Source of the DNA: Asterias rubens
Taxonomy: Eukaryota
Direction: 5' to 3'
DNA: 64,000 bases
Assembly (NCBI RefSeq): GCF_902459465.1
Contig: NC_047068.1
Location: 19,468,001 to 19,532,000 of the forward strand
Positions 50,101 to 62,146 of this stretch are shown here, piece by piece. The position numbers and the translations under genes were made by a program. Every line of letters begins with the position of its first letter. The stretch's first letter is position 1. The notes beneath the pieces are model-generated. The model was not told where the DNA came from, did no database searches, and worked only from the letters and a program-made list of their open reading frames with translations.

Positions 50101-53100
50101 TACTAACCAATTTTTGTGAGAAGTCCACTCGATCCACTAAGAGAACCTACTCTGCGGTAGTAGGAACCCTACCTAACAAATCCCTATGATAGCAATGGAA
50201 TAAAAGCTAACTCTGAGGCAGTGAGTTAATAACCTTATTCCGTAAAGAGGTTGCTTTGATCCAAATTCCCCTTGTCTTCCCCGTTTACTAACCAATTTTT
50301 TTGAGAAGTCCACTCGATCCACTAAGAGAACCTACTCTGCGATAGTAGGCACCCTACCTAACAAATCCCTATGATAGCAATGGAATAAAAGCTAACTCTG
50401 AGGCAGTGAGTTAATAACCTTATTCCGTAAAGAGGTTGCTTTGATCCAAATTCCCCTTGTCTTCCCTGTTTACTAACCAATTTTTTTGAGAAGTCCACTC
50501 GATCCACTAAGAGAACCTACTCTGCGATAGTAGGCACCCTACCTAACAAATCCCTATGATAGCAATGGAATAAAAGCTAACTCTGAGGCAGTGAGTTAAT
50601 AACCTTATTCCGTAAAGAGGTTGCTATGATCCAAATTCCCCTTGTCTTCCATGTTTACTAACCAATTTTTTTGAGAAGTCCACTCGATCCACTAAGAGAA
50701 CCTACTCTGCGGTAGTAGGAACCCTACCTAACAAATCCCTATGATAGCAATGGAATAAAAGCTTACTCTGAGGCAGTGAGTTTATAACTTTTATCTGTAT
50801 AGATGTTGCTATGATCCTAATTCCCCTTGTCTTCCCTGTTTACTAACCAATTTTTTTGAGAAGTCCACTCGATCCACTAATAAGAGAACCTACTCTGCGG
50901 TAGTAGGCACCCTACCTAACAAATCCCTATGATAGCAATGGAATAAAAGCTTACTCTGAGGCAGTGAGTTAATAACCTTATTCCGTAAGAGGTTGCTATG
51001 ATCCAAATTCCCCTTGTCTTCCATGTTTACTAACCAATTTTTTTGAGAAGTCCACTCGATCCACTAAGAGAACCTACTCTGCGGTAGTAGGAACCCTACC
51101 TAACAAATCCCTATGATAGCAATGGAATAAAAGCTTACTCTGAGGCAGTGAGTTTATAACTTTTATCCGTATAGAGGTTGCTATGATCCAAATTCCCCTT
51201 GTCTTCCCTATTTACTAACCAATTTTTTTGAGAAGTCCACTCGATCCACTAAGAGAACCTACTCTGCGGTAGTAGGTACCCTACTTAACAAATCCCTATG
51301 ATAGCAATGGAATAAAAGCTAACTCTGAGGCAGTGAGTTTACAACTTTATTCCGTAAAGAGGTTGCTATGATCCAAATTCCCCTTGTCTTCCCTGTTTAC
51401 TAACCAATTTTTTTGAGAAGTCCACTCGATCCACTGAGAGAACCTACTCTGCGGTAGTAGGCACCCTACCTAACAAATCCCTAGGATAGCAATGGAATAA
51501 AAGCTAACTCTGAGGCGGTGAGTTAATAAATTTATTCCGTAAAGAGGTTGCTATGATCCAAATTCCCTTGTCTTCCCTGTTTACTAACCAATTTTTTTGA
51601 GAAGTCCACTCGATCCACTGAGAGAACCTACTCTGCGGTAGAAGGCACCCTACCTAACAAATCCCTATGATAGCAATGGAATAAAAGCTAACTCTGAGGC
51701 AGTGAGTTTATAACTTTATTCCGTAAAGAGGTTGCTATGATCCAAATTCCCTTGTCTTCCCTGTTTACTAACCAATTTTTTTGAGAAGTCCACTCGATCC
51801 ACTGAGAGAATCTACTCTGCGGTAGAAGGCACCCTACCTAACAAATCCCTATGATAGCAATGGAATAAAAGCTAACTCTGAGGCGGTGAGTTAATAAATT
51901 TATTCCGTAAAGAGGTTGCTATGATCCAAATTCCCTTGTCTTCCCTGTTTACTAACCAATTTTTTGGAGAAGTCCACTCGATCCACTAAGAGAACCTACT
52001 CTGCGGTAGTAGGCACCCTACCTAAGAATTCCTACGATAGCAATGGAATAAAAGCTAACTCTGAGGCGGTGAGTTAATAAATTTATTCCGTAAAGAGGTT
52101 GCTATGATCCAAATTCCCCTTGTCTACCATGTTTACTAACCAATTTTTTTGAGAAGTCCACTCGATCCACTAAGAGAACCTACTCTGCGATAGTAGGCAC
52201 CCTACCTAACAAATCCCAAATAATAGCAATGGAATAAAAGCTTACTCTGAGGCAGTGAGTTTATAACTTTATTCCGTAAAGAGGTTGCTATGATCCAAAT
52301 TCCCCTTGTCTTCCCTGTTTACTAACCAATTTTTTTGAGAAGTCCACTCGATCCACTAAGAGAACCTACTCTGCGGTAGTAGGCACCCTACCTAACAAAT
52401 CCCTATGATAGCAATGGAATAAAAGCTAACTCTGAGGCAGTGAGTTAATAAATTTATTCCATAAAGAGGTTGCTATGATCCAAATTCCCCTTGTCTTTCC
52501 TGTTTACTAACCAATTTTTTTGAGAAGTCCACTCGATCCACTAAGAGAACCTACTCTGCGGTAGTAGGAACCCTACCTAACAAATCCCTATGATATCAAT
52601 GGAATAAAAGCTAACTCTGAGGCAGTGAGTTAATAAATTTATTCCGTAAAGAGGTTGCTATGATCCAAATTCCCTTGTCTTCCCTGTTTACTAACCAATT
52701 TTTTTGAGAAGTCCACTCGATCCACTGAGAGAACCTACTCTGCGGTAGAAGGCACCCTACCTAACAAATCCCTATGATATCAATGGAATAAAAGCTAACT
52801 CTGAGGCAGTGAGTTAATAAATTTATTCCGTAAAGAGGTTGCTATGATCCAAATTCCCTTGTCTTCCCTGTTTACTAACAAATTTTTTTGAGAAGTCCAC
52901 TCGATCCACTGAGAGAACCTACTCTGCGGTAGAAGGCACCCTACCTAACAAATCCCTATGATAGCAATGGAATAAAAGCTAACTCTGAGGCAGTGAGTTA
53001 ATAAATTTATTCCGTAAGAGGTTGCTATGATCCAAATTCCCCTTGTCTTTCCTGTTTACTAACCAATTTTTTTGAGAAGTCCACTCGATCCACTAATAAG

Positions 53101-54780
53101 AGAACCTACTCTGCGGTAGTAGGCACCCTACCTAACAAATCCCTATGATAGCAATGGAATAAAAGCTAACTCTGAGGCAGTGAGTTAATAACCATATTCT
53201 GTAAAGAGGTTGCTATGATCCAAATTCCCCTTGTCTTTCCTGTTTACTAACCAATTATTTTGAGAAGTCCACTCGATCCACTAAGAGAACCTACTTTGCG
53301 GTAGTAGGCACCCTGCCTAACAAATCCCTATGATAGCAATGGAATAAAAGCTAACTCTGAGGCAGTGAGTTAATAAATTTATTCCGTAAGAGGTTGCTAT
53401 GATCCAAATTCCCCTTGTCTTCCCTGTTTTACTAACCAATTTTTGTGAGAAGTCCACTCGATCCACTAAGAGAACCTACTCTGCGGTAGTAGGCACCCTA
53501 CCTAACAAATCCCTATGATAGCAATGGAATAAAAGCTTACTCTGAGGCAGTGAATTTATAACTTTTATCCGTAAAGAGGTTGCTATGATCCAAATTCCCC
53601 TTGTCTTCCCTGTTTACTAACCAATTTTTTTGAGAAAGCCACTCGATCCACTAAGAGAACCTACTCTGCGGTAGTAGGCACCCTACCTAACAAATCCCTA
53701 TGATAGCAATGGAATAAAAGCTAACTCTGAGGCAGTGAGTTAATAAATTTATTCCGTAAAGAGGTTGCTATGATCCAAATTCCCCTTGTCTTCCCTGTTT
53801 ACTAACCAATTTTTTTGAGAAGTCCACTCGATCCACTAAGAGAACCTACTCTGCGATAGTAGGCACCCTACCTAACAAATCCCTATGATAGCAATGGAAT
53901 AAAAGCTAACTCTGAGGCAGTGAGTTAATAAATTTATTCCGTAAGAGGTTGCTATGATCCAAATTCCCCTTGTCTTCCCTGTTTTACTAACCAATTTTTG
54001 TGAGAAGTCCACTCGATCCACTAAGAGAACCTACTCTGCGGTAGTAGGCACCCTACCTAACAAATCCCTATGATAGCAATGGTATAAAAGCTTACTCTGA
54101 GGCAGTGAATTTATAACTTTTATCCGTAAAGAGGTTGCTATGATCCAAATTCCCCTTGTCTTCCCTGTTTACTAACCAATTTTTTTGAGAAAGCCACTCG
54201 ATCCACTAAGAGAACCTACTCTGCGGTAGTAGGCACCCTACCTAACAAATCCCTATGATAGCAATGGAATAAAAGCTAACTCTGAGGCAGTGAGTTAATA
54301 AATTTATTCCGTAAAGAGGTTGCTATGATCCAAATTCCCCTTGTCTTCCCTGTTTACTAACCAATTTTTTTGAGAAGTCCACTCGATCCACTAAGAGAAC
54401 CTACTCTGCGATAGTAGGCACCCTACCTAACAAATCCCTATGATAGCAATGGAATAAAAGCTAAATCTGAGGCAGTGAGTTAATAACCTTATTTCGTAAA
54501 GAGGTTGCTATGATCCAAATTCCCCTTGTCTTTCCTGTTTACTAACCAATTATTTTGAGAAGTCCACTCGATCCACTAAGAGAACCTACTCTGCGGTAGT
54601 AGGAACCCTACCTAACAAATCCCTATGATAGCAATGGAATAAAAGCTAACTCTGAGGCAGTGAGTTAATAAATTTATTCTGTAAAGAGGTTGCTATGATC
54701 CAAATTCCCCTTGTCTTCCCTGTTTACTAACCAATTTTTGTGAGAAGTCCACTCGATCCACTAAGAGAACCTACTCTGCT
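44130..54780. repeat. 185-bp satellite (family B, about 50 units) with interspersed 145-bp variant (family C) at 44285-46065
   Basis: CCACTCGATCC at 46791, 46976 and 47161 (period 185). C units AGGTAGACTGGCAC...GAGAAATCCACTCGATCC share the head module. Confidence 0.97.
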
Positions 54781-55335
54781 AGGAATGGCCAGGAATGTGT
54801 CCCATCCCATCAAACATTCTATACGGCCTGCGTATCAAATAGCCTCTCCTAGTCAAACTCCTACTGCCCGGCTTCCCGTGCCAATCCCTGTTAAGAACAG
54901 TGGGCAGAGGTGTGTAGGCGGAACTCTGGCGCCTTTACACCAAATAATGAAGGAATGAAAAATAGAGAAGTCCTTATCGATCCACCAAGAGAAACCTACT
55001 CTGTGATACTGGCAAACAGTTCTCAAAGAACCAATCTTGACTAAAGGCGGCAAGTCAAACAGTCGATACCAAAAACTAAACATTTTCCTTACAATGGCAT
55101 GTTTAGTGATACTTTTGATACCACTTCAAAATTCCGTGAATGATGCAAAACACGTTTACTTTTTGGGGGTCAAAGGGCTAGGAATGGCCAGGAATGTGTC
55201 CCATCCCATCAAACATTCTATACGGCCTGCGTCTCAAATAGCCTCTCCTAGTCAAACTCCTACTGCCCGGCTTCCCGTGCCGATCCCTGTTAAGAACAGT
55301 GGGCAGAGGTGTGTAGGCGGAACTTTAGCGCCTTT
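54778..55335. repeat. 159-bp direct duplication (54778-54936; 55177-55335) closing the satellite block
   Basis: GCTAGGAATGGCCAGGAATGTGTCCCATCCC...GCGCCTTT twice, offset 399 bp, with a diverged family-B head at 54965-55003 between them. Confidence 0.9.
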
Positions 55336-56529
55336 GAAACCAGATTGCTCTATGGGCAGGTGGGGCTCATCAGTTATGTGAGGCAGCCCACCTAGTAGAA
55401 GGAACTCTTTTTTGAAACCCGGGCAGGATGGGGCTCGTAAGCCATGGAAGGCAAAGCAAAGGAAAGTATTGCTTAACAGAAACAGGTTACCAGCCTAAAT
55501 TACCTTAAGTTCACACTGCTGGGACTGGTGCCCCACAATTAATTTTTGCCTAGCTAAGGAGTTTGTCATGCAGTAGTTTCTGCTTAACAGCTTAATGAAA
55601 TTAGGCCCATGTCCTCTGTGCTTACGGTAAGCAGAGCCATGAAATTGGGCCCTGTAAATCCAACCATAAATGTGTCCTCTTTTCTCAGTCACAGCATGCA
55701 CTGTGCTGGGCCAAGTTTCATAGAGCTGCTCAAGCACAAAAACAAGCTAACACAACAAAATGCTACCAGAATACGGTTACCAGCCTAAATACCATGTCAA
55801 AAGTTCAATTTGTACTAAGTACACAAGGGCTTCAGAGGCATGACGCCCTTTTCAGTCATCTGAAAGCACACAATTCTATGCAACCAACAAGTATTTTTTC
55901 TTGCATTGTTTTTAAGTTGGAAGAATGTTTAAAGTAAAAGGCATGCCCCTAAACAGCAATTTGAAAGTTCAACTTCACACACAATTTTCAGAAAACACAA
56001 AGCTTTGGCTGTGGTGGATAATACGTCATTTTGTGGCATGAGCAATAAATGTTGTACGTTTGAAGTTGAGCAAATGACAGACTTGCCCCCCAGAAAACAT
56101 TGACCAAATCAGCAGAGTTTGTCACTAACAAGAGGTTCTTAATGAGAAGTATTGTTTGTTTGTTACTTTCAGGTCACATTGCAAGGTTCATCATCATCCA
56201 GTTACTCTCGGAAGGAAGAAGACAACGGGAAAAGGATTCTTCTGTATACTGTCTTTATATTCCTGCTATTTATCTGCTCATAGAGAAAATAGAGGTAATA
56301 CAACATTCTCATATAACTTCAAAATATTACCGATCTTATGAAAAGCGCTTGTAACCGTATACAAAAATGCATATGGTTGTGGCTAATGTTCTTTCTAGTG
56401 CTGTTGTAACTTTGGTTTGTTTGTATTGGTCAAATAAATAAAAAATATTATAAAAAAGCTATTTGAAAGTGGAATACAACAATGCACACTAATATGCCTC
56501 GCGTTTGCATAGTGTTAACCTGTACAAAA

Positions 56530-56845
56530 TACTTATAAGAAACTTATAAGAAGCTCATTAAAATCTTATAAGAACGTGCATTGAGCTGTTAAGAGCAGTC
56601 TTATAAGATTCTTAATATAAGATTTTATTGCGATTCTTATAAGATTCTTATAAGTATTTTATATGTAAATTAGTAAGATCTTAAAAAAACTACACCAGGA
56701 TCTTATAAGAAACTTTAAAGAGTCATACGAACTTCAGAAAGTCTTTCAAAGAATCTTATGAGGATTGTATAAGAATCTTTTAAGAAATGTATAAGATTCT
56801 TTGTATACTAAATATATCGGAATCTTATGAGAATAAGATTTTTAA
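56530..56845. repeat. Degenerate AT-rich array of the palindromic TCTTATAAGA motif
   Basis: More than 15 imperfect CTTATAAG/TCTTATGAG units. Confidence 0.65.
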
Positions 56846-56928
56846 ATGAGTAGTGTTATTTACTGTGAGGTCCAATTATTGTGATATTGAGGCAAAGTCA
56901 TACTCAGAAAGACAATTATCAGACTTAA

Positions 56929-57293
56929 AGGCACTGGACACGTTTGGTAACTGTCAAAGACCAGTGTTCTCACTTGGTGTATCCCAACATATGTATAAAA
57001 TAACAAACCTGTGAAAATTTGGGCTCAATCGGTCATCAAAGTTGAAAACAAATGAAAGAAGAAAAAATCTTGTTGGACGAATTTGTGTGCTTTCAGATAA
57101 GAATAAAAGACTTCTAGCTAGAAGTCTTTTATTATTTTAGTGAGAAATTACCTCTTTCTCAAAAACTATGTTACTTCAGAGGGAGTCGTTTCCCACAATG
57201 TTTTATACTAACAACAGCTCTCCAATGCTCGTTTCCAAGTCAGTTTTTAAGTTAATATTTGTTTTGAGTAATTACCAAACGTGTACCTTCCCT
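56929..57293 (-). mobile_element. Kolobok-like TTAA MITE, full copy (degenerate copies at about 58160-58495 and 59800-59990)
   Basis: TTAA|AGGCACTGGACAC ... GTGTACCTTCCCT|TTAA. Confidence 0.8.
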
Positions 57294-57356
57294 TTAAATA
57301 GTATGCCACAAGACACTCAAATAGCTAGAGAAAAAAAAATACCTTGACTTGTCTCG

Positions 57357-57892
57357 GTAAAATTATCAAGAACCAGGCCTCGTTGGGATGAAACCACTAG
57401 TTGAAAACCTCTTCACCACACATTGATTCAAAAATACCTCAACGTGGGGGTATTTAAACCTTTGATAATGACCAGTGTTTATAACCGGTTGTGAGCAGGA
57501 CACTTTCTTCACTCATATTGGTCGAGAGGAACGGCTGGAACAGTAGTGCCACATCACACGATAGGCGCACAGCAATCTCCTTATATGGAGTTGTTTACCC
57601 GAGGGCCTTACCATATAGCTGGAGGGGTGTTGTGTTGAAAGAAATCATTGAACAATTAAAAATTTTGCATTTATTTTACTTTTACACCAAATTTTTAAAA
57701 ATATTTTTGACCGAAGAGGTATTTGTGAATGGGAATCAAAGTGTGTTGAATCAGATTCCAACTAGTGGTTTAAACCCGCCGAGGCCTGGTTCTTGATAAT
57801 TTACCTCGACTTTGTGTCGGAAAAAATATCAAGAACCAGGCCTCTTTGGGTTTAAACCACTATTTGAAAACCTCTTCACCACACATTGATTC
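57357..57892. mobile_element. MITE with GGTAAAATTATCAAGAACCAGGCCTCG TIRs plus an adjacent extra terminal copy
   Basis: Left arm at 57357, inverted arm ending near 57805, third direct copy at about 57820-57892. Confidence 0.6.
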
Positions 57893-58746
57893 CCTTATTC
57901 AGCAGTTAGCTAGAATCTGTTTAAGGAGTGCTTTTAAACTATTTGCATATTTGAGGGACCTTTTTCTGTGCTTGCACTTAAATTTTCTCAATATGATGCA
58001 AACATCAAATGTGTTTTGTGGCTAAATTTTGTCTAACTATCTCATGATTTACCTACAGTTCTACACACGGCCGCATGTGTGTCTTCACAATCTTCCCTCA
58101 GTTTAGCATTCCTACTCTGCAGCACTACAATGCTCTTCCACTGGCAGGTCTAAAATAAAAGGCACTGGACACTATTGGTAATTACTCGAAATAGTTGCTA
58201 TCATAAAAACTTAGTTGGTAGTGGTAACAAGCAATGGAGAGCTGGATAAAATAAATCAGCTCCCTGTAAAGTAACATAGTTTTTGAGAATGAGGTAATTT
58301 GTCACTCAAATAGAAAAACAACTTCAGGTTTGGTGAAGCTTTTTATTAGGCATCTTGAAACCATACAAATGTTTGCAGAAGGATATTTTGTCATTATTCT
58401 CTTGCAAATTAAATGACCAATTGAGTGAACATTTCACAGGTTTGTTATTTTATGCAAATTTTGTTATACACTCGTGAGAATACTGGTCTTTAACCAAAAC
58501 ATAATCGCATGTTCGTAAACATGTTTCAAATTTGTCTGTTGTTACTCACTATTTTGTAACTAAACAAAGCACTTCAGATTGACACACAGTTCTCTTGGTG
58601 TAGCAGCAATTTCTTGAACTTTTACCATGAGAGCAGATGTGAGTGGTTTGATTCCACTGGTGCTTAGTTCAGGATTTGTGAGTTACAAATTGGCATCGTG
58701 ATGAAAAGAAAACAAACTGGGGCATGAAACTGAAGAGTTAGGTTTC

Positions 58747-58960
58747 GTGTTAAGGTGACTTATGTTCAATTTATAAGATCTGTTCTTTCTAAATAAGATT
58801 TACTTGTATTTTCTATTGGTGTTAAGGTGACTTATGTTCAATTTATTTTGTGTTCTTTCTAAATAAGATTTACTTGTATTTTCTATTGGTGTTAAGGTGA
58901 CTTATGTTCAATTTATTTTGTGTTCTTTCTAAATAAGATTTACTTGTATTTTCTATTGGT
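58747..58960. repeat. 70-bp tandem repeat, 3 copies
   Basis: GTGTTAAGGTGACTTATGTTCAATTTAT...TTCTATTG at 58747, 58819 and 58889. Confidence 0.9.
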
Positions 58961-60925
58961 ATTAACATTTTGCAGTTTTGTTGACAAAATGTTTGGCTGT
59001 TTTTTATATCCACACCTTGAAGCTACTGGCAAGTTATTTCAGTAATTATTTATTTATTTAATTATTTTTTTTGTTGGGGGGGGGGTAGGGTGGTGGATGC
59101 GGCAACATCTATCGCTACATTGCAGCAGCACTGCATTACAATGTACTTCATTATTGATGTTTATAAAACGCAGGACAAAGAGTGGGGAGGAAACAAGTTA
59201 TATTCTAAAATTTACAAAAAAAATTGCTTCGTGGCCTTCTGCAATATCTAATGACATTTCCTTTCAAGTGACTGAAATATGAGGCTTCTTTCAATTAATT
59301 ATTTTGATATAATACATTTTTTTATTGTTAACTTCTTTAGGAAAACAACCCAATTATTGCTTGAGACTTGATTTTAAGAGAAGAAAGAATGCAGGTTGAA
59401 AATCCTCTGTGCAGAGGTATGTGTAGTTGGAGCCTATTGGAGACATTAGGATGTCATTTTCAGAAAGTTATACCGGATGATTGGCAAATCCACTAAAGAG
59501 TCATACTGTTCTTCAAATCCTATTCCAGTTCCTCCCATCCTCCTCATCAAGTCTGAGCCCCCCTTTTGTCTTAGACCAGACTTATAAGTCCTCTAGCACT
59601 GTCAATTTCATGGCACTGCTTATCATTAGCAAAACATTGTATTTATAAGCAGCAGAGAAATTTGCTAAGTGTTTCAAAGGTTAGCAAAGAATTGTTGTTT
59701 TTGCAAACTCATACCTCATCAGGCTCGATTGCCACTTCATTAATAATGAATCAATATGCTTTGAAGTAGAAAACACATATGCAACACCTCAACAGTCACA
59801 TGGATTTGACTTTCAAAATGTCCTAACTAATAATGCATCACGGGTTTTTTTTCTTTCAATATTTTCCTGCAACTTTACCAATCGAGCCCAAATTTTCACA
59901 GATTTGTAATTTTTATGCAAAAGTGATGTTGGGATACACCAAGTGAGAATACTTGTCTTTAACATTTTACCAAACATGTTCAGTGCCTTTAATAGACACA
60001 CTTTCCCTCAGCAGATTGCCACAAGTAAAACAGAAAAACAAGGCACCATACCAAGTGGAACATTCTGGAGAAAAAAAGTAATATTTTAAAGACATTTTTC
60101 ACGAAGAGGTGGGTTTATTCTCAAATTTAAAGTGTTTGAGCAAGACTCTTTTGTAATGTACATGTATAGCACATTGAAGTAAAAAGCACAATACTCAAAT
60201 CGTGTATACTAGGGCCTACATGATATCAAAGTACAACTTTAATTTAGTCTTTATAACAAAATCTGATTTTTTAAATTTAACATGGTTTGGTTATGTAAGT
60301 TTCTAAGCTTGTGTGAGATCCCCGTTTTTGTAGAGCTGTACGTAAATAGGGATAATTCACTATTTGCAGGTTTTTATTTTATTCACAGCCGGTTTTCTCA
60401 TTCACAGGATTCTTTGTAAATATTTGCTTTTGTATGTAGTATTGGTTTGGTGTTTTACTTATTTTTAGTGTGTATATTATTTTTGTCTTTTAATCTGTGT
60501 ACCGTTGTATTTTTTAAAACTAATAATCGCTTGGTTCTTGTATATGCCAATGGAAACTAAATTTCTGGTTATTATAATTCGCACAACAAAATATTCTAAT
60601 TCTTATTCTTATTTGTATATCACCAACTTAGTGCCTGAAATAGCGCCCTCTTGCAGATAGCACATCTGCGGGGGGGGGGGAGGGGGGCAGTCTCAGACTT
60701 GAAATAAAGTCTAGGCCTAAAATAATTCACAACCATTTCACTAAAATCCCTTTTGAAAATAATCAAGTTAGTACTAATTTAACACATAAATTGAAATTAA
60801 CATGATCATTTTTTTTTTTATTAAATCTTTCTTTTAAATAAATTTACAAGACTAAACTAGATTGAGCAATTTCTATTACTTTGAAAGAGGTTGTTTTGGT
60901 AAACCGTCAACACTTGTTATTATTA

Positions 60926-61054
60926 GGCCGTGTCCGAAACGACGACTTCGGCTACAGCTACGTCTAGATCAGCGCGTCTACCAGTGTTGAAGAATAGGCA
61001 GACGCGCGCGATCTAGCCGTAGCTGTAGCCGAAGTCGCCGTTTCGGACACGACC
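60926..61054. mobile_element. PIF/Harbinger-like palindromic MITE, TTA TSD
   Basis: TTA|GGCCGTGTCCGAAACG...CGTTTCGGACACGACC|TTA. Confidence 0.8.
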
Positions 61055-62146
61055 TTAATTTCCTAAAGTTGTGCAACTTTGTGTGTCTAGCGCTAGAGCG
61101 CGCGATCGATTAAGTGGATTGCTTAACGAATTGCACATGTGGTGCAATCCCTATGGTTCTCAGTAAGCCGAAGGTATAAAACTAAAAAAGGCCAATAATG
61201 TGTTTTACTTACTTCATGGAGCTACTGCACAGTCCAGTAAGCGGTATCCGGCGGTTCCCAAAAAGTTGAGATTGTCTGCCACCCTTCAAGTTTTGCAACC
61301 CTTCCCTTCCTCCACCAGGCCAGCACGGCAGCAGACAGAGCTTAAGTGCGTTTAACGTGAGTACTGAGTACATCAATCGGTAACTTTTCTTATCTACGTA
61401 GGGTAATACTGTAGTGTAGGCAACTCATAAACAATACATCACATGGATGGAGGCTGGTTTGGTCTTTTTTGTAGTTTGAGGAATTTAATTTGTTGTTGTT
61501 GGGTACCGAGGAATTCATATATATAGTTTATGTGAATCTTGACTTCCTCTGGGGCTCTATAGTATTCAGTATAAGTGCGAAGATGCAAATGTCAATATTG
61601 TTAAAAAATAAGTAGGCCTTGCCAAAAGAGCCCCAGTTTATACTGGGTCTAAAAAATAGCGTACATGCAGTTGAAAATGTACTGTGTAGTCTAGTTGCGA
61701 TAACGTAACCCTCCTCCCGACGGCGCCGTCAGGAGGAGGTTTATCAGTGTTTATGTAATTGCAACTATGTGTAGTTTATACGTACGGAATCTCTGTACAT
61801 ATTTCATGTTATTGTTCTTCAATATCAGATTGAGATAGCAACCAAGTTGCCTATCTAAGTAATAAACAAATATAGCCACCATGCTTTTATATTTAATTGA
61901 GCAGCCAAATATGATAAACGTAGCGGGACATGACCGGAACTATTACGCAGTGCGACTTTTTCATCCTCAGCCAAGTCCCCATCTAGGTAGTAGTCCTGGG
62001 TCCCGTCCCTCATAATAATTAATATAAAGCAGCAGATAAATCAAATGTGTTAACACTACAGTGTAATGTCATATGCTTAGAATAAATTGGATTATCTCAG
62101 TAGTAGATAGCTATTGACTTTCTAAATCCCAATTTATTTCAAGGTC

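Noticed and set aside
44130-54780. CRISPR-like repeat-spacer array
   Set aside because: The segments between constant blocks are themselves near-identical rather than unique spacers, the context is eukaryotic, and there are no cas genes
54740-55381. 72-aa and 114-aa ORFs sharing a peptide
   Set aside because: Explained by the 159-bp duplication; no recognisable domain
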